Part shown: piece after piece, positions 7,277 through 10,620 of the stretch
Layout: the number at the start of each line of letters is the position of its first letter
Position numbering within the stretch: the first letter of the stretch is position 1
Program-made: the position numbers and the translations under genes
The notes under the pieces: generated by a model
Seen by the model: the letters and a program-made list of their open reading frames with translations, nothing else
What the model was told of the DNA's origin: nothing
Database searches by the model: none
From: Pseudobdellovibrionaceae bacterium
GTDB taxonomy: Bacteria; Bdellovibrionota; Bdellovibrionia; Bdellovibrionales; Bdellovibrionaceae
Direction: 5' to 3'
DNA: 10,620 nt
NCBI GenBank assembly: GCA_041288045.1
Contig: JBGGMM010000241.1
Location: forward strand, 1 to 10,620

Positions 7277-7531
7277 ATGGCAATCAATCAAGATATCGTG
7301 AACGGAAAATGGCTCGAACTCAAAGGCGAAATTCAAAAGGCCTGGGGCAAGCTGACTTCGGATGAACTCGAGCAAACAAAAGGCGACGTCAAATCGATCG
7401 CTGGGCTTGTGTTGCAAAAATACGGTGAAGGACAAGAAAAATTTCAGCAGAAATTTGCTGAAATACTGGAACCTCTGCAGGGCAAAAAAGAACAAACAGT
7501 TTCTGCAGTCAAAGAATCCTTAAAGTCCTAA
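7277..7531 (+). CDS. CsbD/YjbJ family general stress protein, 84 aa
   Basis: GKWLELKGEIQKAWGKLTSDEL...G...GLVLQKYG pattern; strong SD AAGGAG; 26 bp after the OmpA gene, so probably co-transcribed. Confidence 0.9.
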   Translation: MAINQDIVNGKWLELKGEIQKAWGKLTSDELEQTKGDVKSIAGLVLQKYGEGQEKFQQKFAEILEPLQGKKEQTVSAVKESLKS

Positions 7532-7538
7532 TCTGGAC

Positions 7539-7575
7539 GGCTGCTGGGCAAAGAGCCCGGCGGCCATTTCAATTT
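7539..7575 (+). terminator. Putative intrinsic terminator of the ompA-csbD unit
   Basis: 11-bp stem GGCTGCTGGGC/GCCCGGCGGCC with two G-U pairs that form only on the + transcript, loop AAAGA, followed by an imperfect U tract ATTTCAATTT. Confidence 0.6.
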
Positions 7576-7646
7576 GAATAGAACTCCATTCACAGCGATA
7601 TAAAGGCTGACCAATCTCGAGCAAAGGAAATCACAAACGCACCGGG

Positions 7647-8852
7647 CTAGATTGTGCGATCTGGACGGCGCGGAATCGTAAAGTTGAAAGTGCTTCCATG
7701 GCAGAGTTTTGAATGGACCCAAAGGCGTCCGCGATGGGCTTCGATGAGCATTTTAGATATATAAAGGCCCAAGCCCAATCCGACACGATCCCTGACCCCC
7801 AGCTGTGCGTAGCGCTCAAAAATTTGAAGTCTCTTTTCTTCAGGAATACCTGGCCCCGTATCACTCACAGAAACTTGAACCGCATCTTCATTGAAAACTG
7901 CGCCAAGAGTGATAGATCCGCCTTGAGGAGTAAACTTCAAAGCGTTTCCGATCAGATTAGACAGCACCTGCAGGACCCGATCTTTATCACAAAAAACTTC
8001 GCCTGACAGATCAGGCGAAATTGTTCGCAGTTCGACACTCTTCGCAAGTGCGGCTTGCGCAAAACCCTCAATGGCCTCTTGAAGGATTTGTCCGATATCG
8101 TACTTTTTCAGCGTGAGCTGAAGCTTCCCGCCCTCAATACGCTCCATATCCAGAAGATCGGCGATTAGGCGCAAAGAAGTATCAATATTCCTTTTGATGA
8201 GTTCGATCGAACTCCGCACTTCGGGTCCAAATTCTCGAAATGCAGGGTCACTTAAAAGCAATTCTGCGCACATGGAGGCCGCACCAATAGGGTTTTTGAG
8301 ATCATGACTGACGATCGCGAGAAACTCGTCTCTTGTTGTCAAATTCGCTTTCGTTTTAGAATGTTCAGAAATTTCATCAGAGAGAAGCCCCGTCGTGCGA
8401 TTCACCTCTGAGTCCGTTCTCGTCCGCTCCGTCGAGAGACTCTGATCGGTCAACTTTCGCTCCTGCTCGAGCAACTGACTTGCTAATTTATTTTTGAATT
8501 CACGTTCCTTATCAATTGCAAGATCAACTTGAGAACGCTCTTGTTCAATTGCTTGATCTGATCTATCTCTTTCGCTGAGCAGCTGATCATGACCGATTTT
8601 TTTCTCGTCTTCTGTGGCATAACCCGATGCTTCTCTTTTTTTGGCGGAATCGAAGTCCAATCGACGGCGCATTTCGGATGAGGCTTGATCTGCCTGACGT
8701 CGTTCACTCGAAATTTTCTTGTCAGCTTGACGTTCGGCGCTGGATTTTGATTTCGTAAGAGACTCATTCGTTTTGTCGCGCTCTGCAACCAAGCTTTCGT
8801 CAGTCTTTTGTCGCTCCTCTTTTAAAAACGGGGTCGACTGAGAATGTTCCAT
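7647..8852 (-). CDS. Cytoplasmic sensor histidine kinase (HisKA + HATPase_c) with a repetitive charged N-terminus, 401 aa
   Basis: H box VSHDLKNP, N box QVLSNLIGNALKFT, G1 DTGPGI, F box IFERY and G2 GLGLGL. No transmembrane segment. SD TAGGAG at 8858-8863. Confidence 0.93.
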   Translation of the reverse strand: MEHSQSTPFLKEERQKTDESLVAERDKTNESLTKSKSSAERQADKKISSERRQADQASSEMRRRLDFDSAKKREASGYATEDEKKIGHDQLLSERDRSDQAIEQERSQVDLAIDKEREFKNKLASQLLEQERKLTDQSLSTERTRTDSEVNRTTGLLSDEISEHSKTKANLTTRDEFLAIVSHDLKNPIGAASMCAELLLSDPAFREFGPEVRSSIELIKRNIDTSLRLIADLLDMERIEGGKLQLTLKKYDIGQILQEAIEGFAQAALAKSVELRTISPDLSGEVFCDKDRVLQVLSNLIGNALKFTPQGGSITLGAVFNEDAVQVSVSDTGPGIPEEKRLQIFERYAQLGVRDRVGLGLGLYISKMLIEAHRGRLWVHSKLCHGSTFNFTIPRRPDRTI

Positions 8853-8926
8853 AAAAGCTCCTACGCAATCGATCCGCAGAATAGGAGAGCTGATTCTAAA
8901 TCCGTTCTCCGGCGACTGCCGGGAGT

Positions 8927-8935
8927 ATTATACCA
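8927..8935 (-). promoter_or_regulatory. Extended -10 promoter element upstream of the histidine kinase
   Basis: TG-G-TATAAT, a perfect extended -10, about 75 nt upstream of the ATG; no convincing -35. Confidence 0.5.
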
Positions 8936-9053
8936 CGTTGAAAGTGCGATGAAATGCTTCTTTTCCAGGAATGACGAGCAACACATTGTTTGATTAAGTT
9001 CCATGACCCATTGAATGACCCGACTCGATGAGCGTTGTCTCAAATAATGAACG

Positions 9054-9710
9054 TTAACTGAGTTTTCCTTTTTGCAGCCAAAGAACATTCACGGCGACAT
9101 AAAGGCTGATCAGAGCCGCAAAAAAACACCAGACCGATGCGGTCGTCTGCCGACCGATGGCCTGAGCAAGGAACATGCTTCCCAAAACCAAAAGGCCCGC
9201 CTTCTTCACTGTTCGAAGGCTCGAGATGAAAAAGGGCACCACTGTCGGAGTGAAATATAAAAAAGCTTCAAGGTTTGGTGGCAAAATTTCTTTCAAGTTG
9301 AGGTAATCATACTCCAAACTGTGGCCAACGATATTGACTTTGATTTCTAAACCGTAAAGCATAAATACGGCCAGTAGGGAGACCCCTAAGCCCAACAGTC
9401 CAATCACCTTCAAGATCCTTTTCCGCTTTTCCTTGATCTCGATATGATACAAGGACCATGGCAGCCAACTGGGCCAGACCACAAAGGCAAAGGCCAAGAA
9501 CAGGAAGATTCCAAATTTATGCATCAAACTCGTCGTCCCTGCATCCATCGTCTGCCAAACGATCCCTTCAGCAACTTGCTGAAAACCGAACAAGAGGGGA
9601 ATCGCCGCAATCATTTTTTGCTGTTTTGAACTGCTTTTGAGAGTCGTCACCGCACCAGTCGCAATCAGAAGCCCCGCTGACCCAAAGCTCATATCCGCTG
9701 AAAAACACAT
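9054..9710 (-). CDS. DUF6629-like integral membrane protein of unknown function, 218 aa
   Basis: N-terminal MCFSA.MSF, PLLFGFQQVAEGIVW and C-terminal SVWCFFAA motifs; about 7 hydrophobic helices; SD AGGAG. Confidence 0.8.
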   Translation of the reverse strand: MCFSADMSFGSAGLLIATGAVTTLKSSSKQQKMIAAIPLLFGFQQVAEGIVWQTMDAGTTSLMHKFGIFLFLAFAFVVWPSWLPWSLYHIEIKEKRKRILKVIGLLGLGVSLLAVFMLYGLEIKVNIVGHSLEYDYLNLKEILPPNLEAFLYFTPTVVPFFISSLRTVKKAGLLVLGSMFLAQAIGRQTTASVWCFFAALISLYVAVNVLWLQKGKLS

Positions 9711-10055
9711 GCTCTTTCTCCTGCATCAATTTGGAAATTCAATTCATTGAAGGCGCTTATAATGCCCTTTCATCTTGCCGACGCCAATCTACAAATCTGG
9801 CATTTTCAATGCAAATTGCGAAGCTCTGGTTATAGGCTCAAAATTTTGGCACTCCCAAAAGTAATTTTGTTTATTGTATTGGCATTCGTAGGCCCCTTAT
9901 TTGGTTTAGCCAAGGGGAAGCTTTTCTGCTCTGCTGCGCGCAAAGGTCTGCGACTTCCGCGGTCAAACACTGATGTCAAATACCATTCATAAAAATCAAT
10001 CACCGGGACCGACTTCCAAGCGCCTGAATTGTAACCAGATCTTGCCGGGTTTCGA

Positions 10056-10083
10056 TTGAGATTCGTCAATTTGGTGATAGAAT
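10056..10083 (+). promoter_or_regulatory. Putative sigma70 promoter for the rnk leader
   Basis: TTGAGA (10056-10061)-N16-TAGAAT (10078-10083) with an extended -10 TG at 10075-10076. Confidence 0.5.
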
Positions 10084-10174
10084 CGAATTTGTGAAAACAA
10101 CGTGCATCTTAAACTTATTGAGAACATCGACACAGCTCCAGACCTGCGAACTGGTGCTTAAATTTATTTCTTCT

Positions 10175-10211
10175 GGCGGTTGAGGCTTTTTCACCTCGCA
10201 GCCTAACCGCC
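10175..10211 (+). promoter_or_regulatory. Strong stem-loop in the rnk leader
   Basis: GGCGGTT-G-AGGCT/AGCCT-AACCGCC, 12 Watson-Crick pairs with a 1-nt bulge and a 12-nt loop; no U tract on either strand. Confidence 0.55.
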
Positions 10212-10285
10212 CACCTACATTCTCAGAAAAAAATAAAAATTGAAAGAACTCCGACTTATTCACAATCGGGTGAAGGGATTTATTT

Positions 10286-10620
10286 ATGGAAAATAACAAT
10301 TTAATAATGACACAAACTGATTATCAAAAACTTTCATCGCTCATCGATTTCGCCGACCCCGTCACCGCAGAACTTCTTCAAGAAGAACTCGACAGAGCTG
10401 CCGTGGTGTTGACGGATCAACTGCCACAGGATGTGGTGACAATGAATTCAAAAGTCGAATTTAAGGACCTTGATTCGGGTGAGGACTTTGTCATGACCCT
10501 CGTTTTTCCAGAGAATGCGAATATCAAGGAAAACAAAGTTTCAATACTGGCCCCAGTCGGTGCTGCACTGATCGGTTTGCGAGTGGGTCAAACCATGAGT
10601 TGGCCGACTCCACGTGGTGG
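10286..10620 (+). CDS. rnk: Regulator of nucleoside diphosphate kinase (Rnk, GreA/GreB family), truncated by the window end; absent from the ORF track
   Basis: Manual translation MENNNLIMTQTDYQKLSSLIDFADPVTAELLQEELDRAAVVLTDQLPQDVVTMNSKVEFKDLDSGEDFVMTLVFPENANIKENKVSILAPVGAALIGLRVGQTMSWPTPRG. ELDRA, DVVTMNS, TLVFP and SILAPVGAALIGLRVG are Rnk hallmarks, with the short N-terminal coil typical of Rnk. SD GAAGGG. Confidence 0.93.
   Translation, partial: MENNNLIMTQTDYQKLSSLIDFADPVTAELLQEELDRAAVVLTDQLPQDVVTMNSKVEFKDLDSGEDFVMTLVFPENANIKENKVSILAPVGAALIGLRVGQTMSWPTPRG

Noticed and set aside
7531..7669. 11-bp direct repeat ATCTGGACGGC at 7531-7541 and 7659-7669 as a possible target-site duplication
   Set aside because: One such nearby repeat is plausible by chance in 10 kb, there are no terminal inverted repeats, and one copy contributes to the terminator stem while the other is coding.
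9003..9021. ATGACCC direct repeat with 12-bp spacing as a response-regulator box
   Set aside because: Only two 7-mers with no other support.
568..9640. Numerous 60-117 aa ORFs antisense to or out of frame within the main genes
   Set aside because: Shadow ORFs of well-supported CDSs with no motifs or ribosome-binding sites.
9900..9985. Possible c-di-GMP-I riboswitch suggested by GCGCAAAG
   Set aside because: No GGCAAA / GNRA-tetraloop P2 / receptor P3 arrangement could be built.
10175..10211. Hairpin as an intrinsic terminator or REP element
   Set aside because: No U tract on either strand and no second copy in the window; retained only as a leader structure.
9747..10299. ORF-track entries 9747-9992 (+), 9830-10069 (-) and 10066-10299 (-)
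   Set aside because: Non-ATG starts, no clear SD, no recognisable motif, mutual overlap and overlap with the rnk promoter and leader. The 9830-10069 ORF cannot be fully excluded without a homology search.
1..10620. CRISPR arrays, tRNA/rRNA genes, transposases, integrases, phage or defence genes
   Set aside because: No regularly spaced repeats, cloverleaf structures or corresponding protein motifs were seen.

Overview
Bacterial chromosomal window (roughly mid-40s % GC by eye; the gene set is suggestive of Bdellovibrionota or another deltaproteobacteria-like lineage, but this is an inference). It holds nine complete CDSs and one truncated CDS: nitronate monooxygenase (-), LysE/ArgO exporter (-), class III aminotransferase (-), two divergent membrane di-iron desaturase-family genes (-/+), OmpA-domain lipoprotein (+), CsbD (+), an orphan cytoplasmic histidine kinase with 11-residue repeats (-), a DUF6629-like membrane protein (-), and the 5' part of rnk (+). 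The standout signal is non-coding: a close match to the guanidine-III (ykkC-III) riboswitch pseudoknot at 2121-2162 (-). It abuts the Shine-Dalgarno of the LysE/ArgO gene, not the SMR/Gdx transporter typical for this class. The neighbouring aminotransferase and RtxC/GntB-like desaturase raise the possibility of a guanidino-amino-acid handling locus. Other structured leaders occur before the aminotransferase, the kinase and rnk. No tRNA, rRNA, CRISPR array or transposase was seen.
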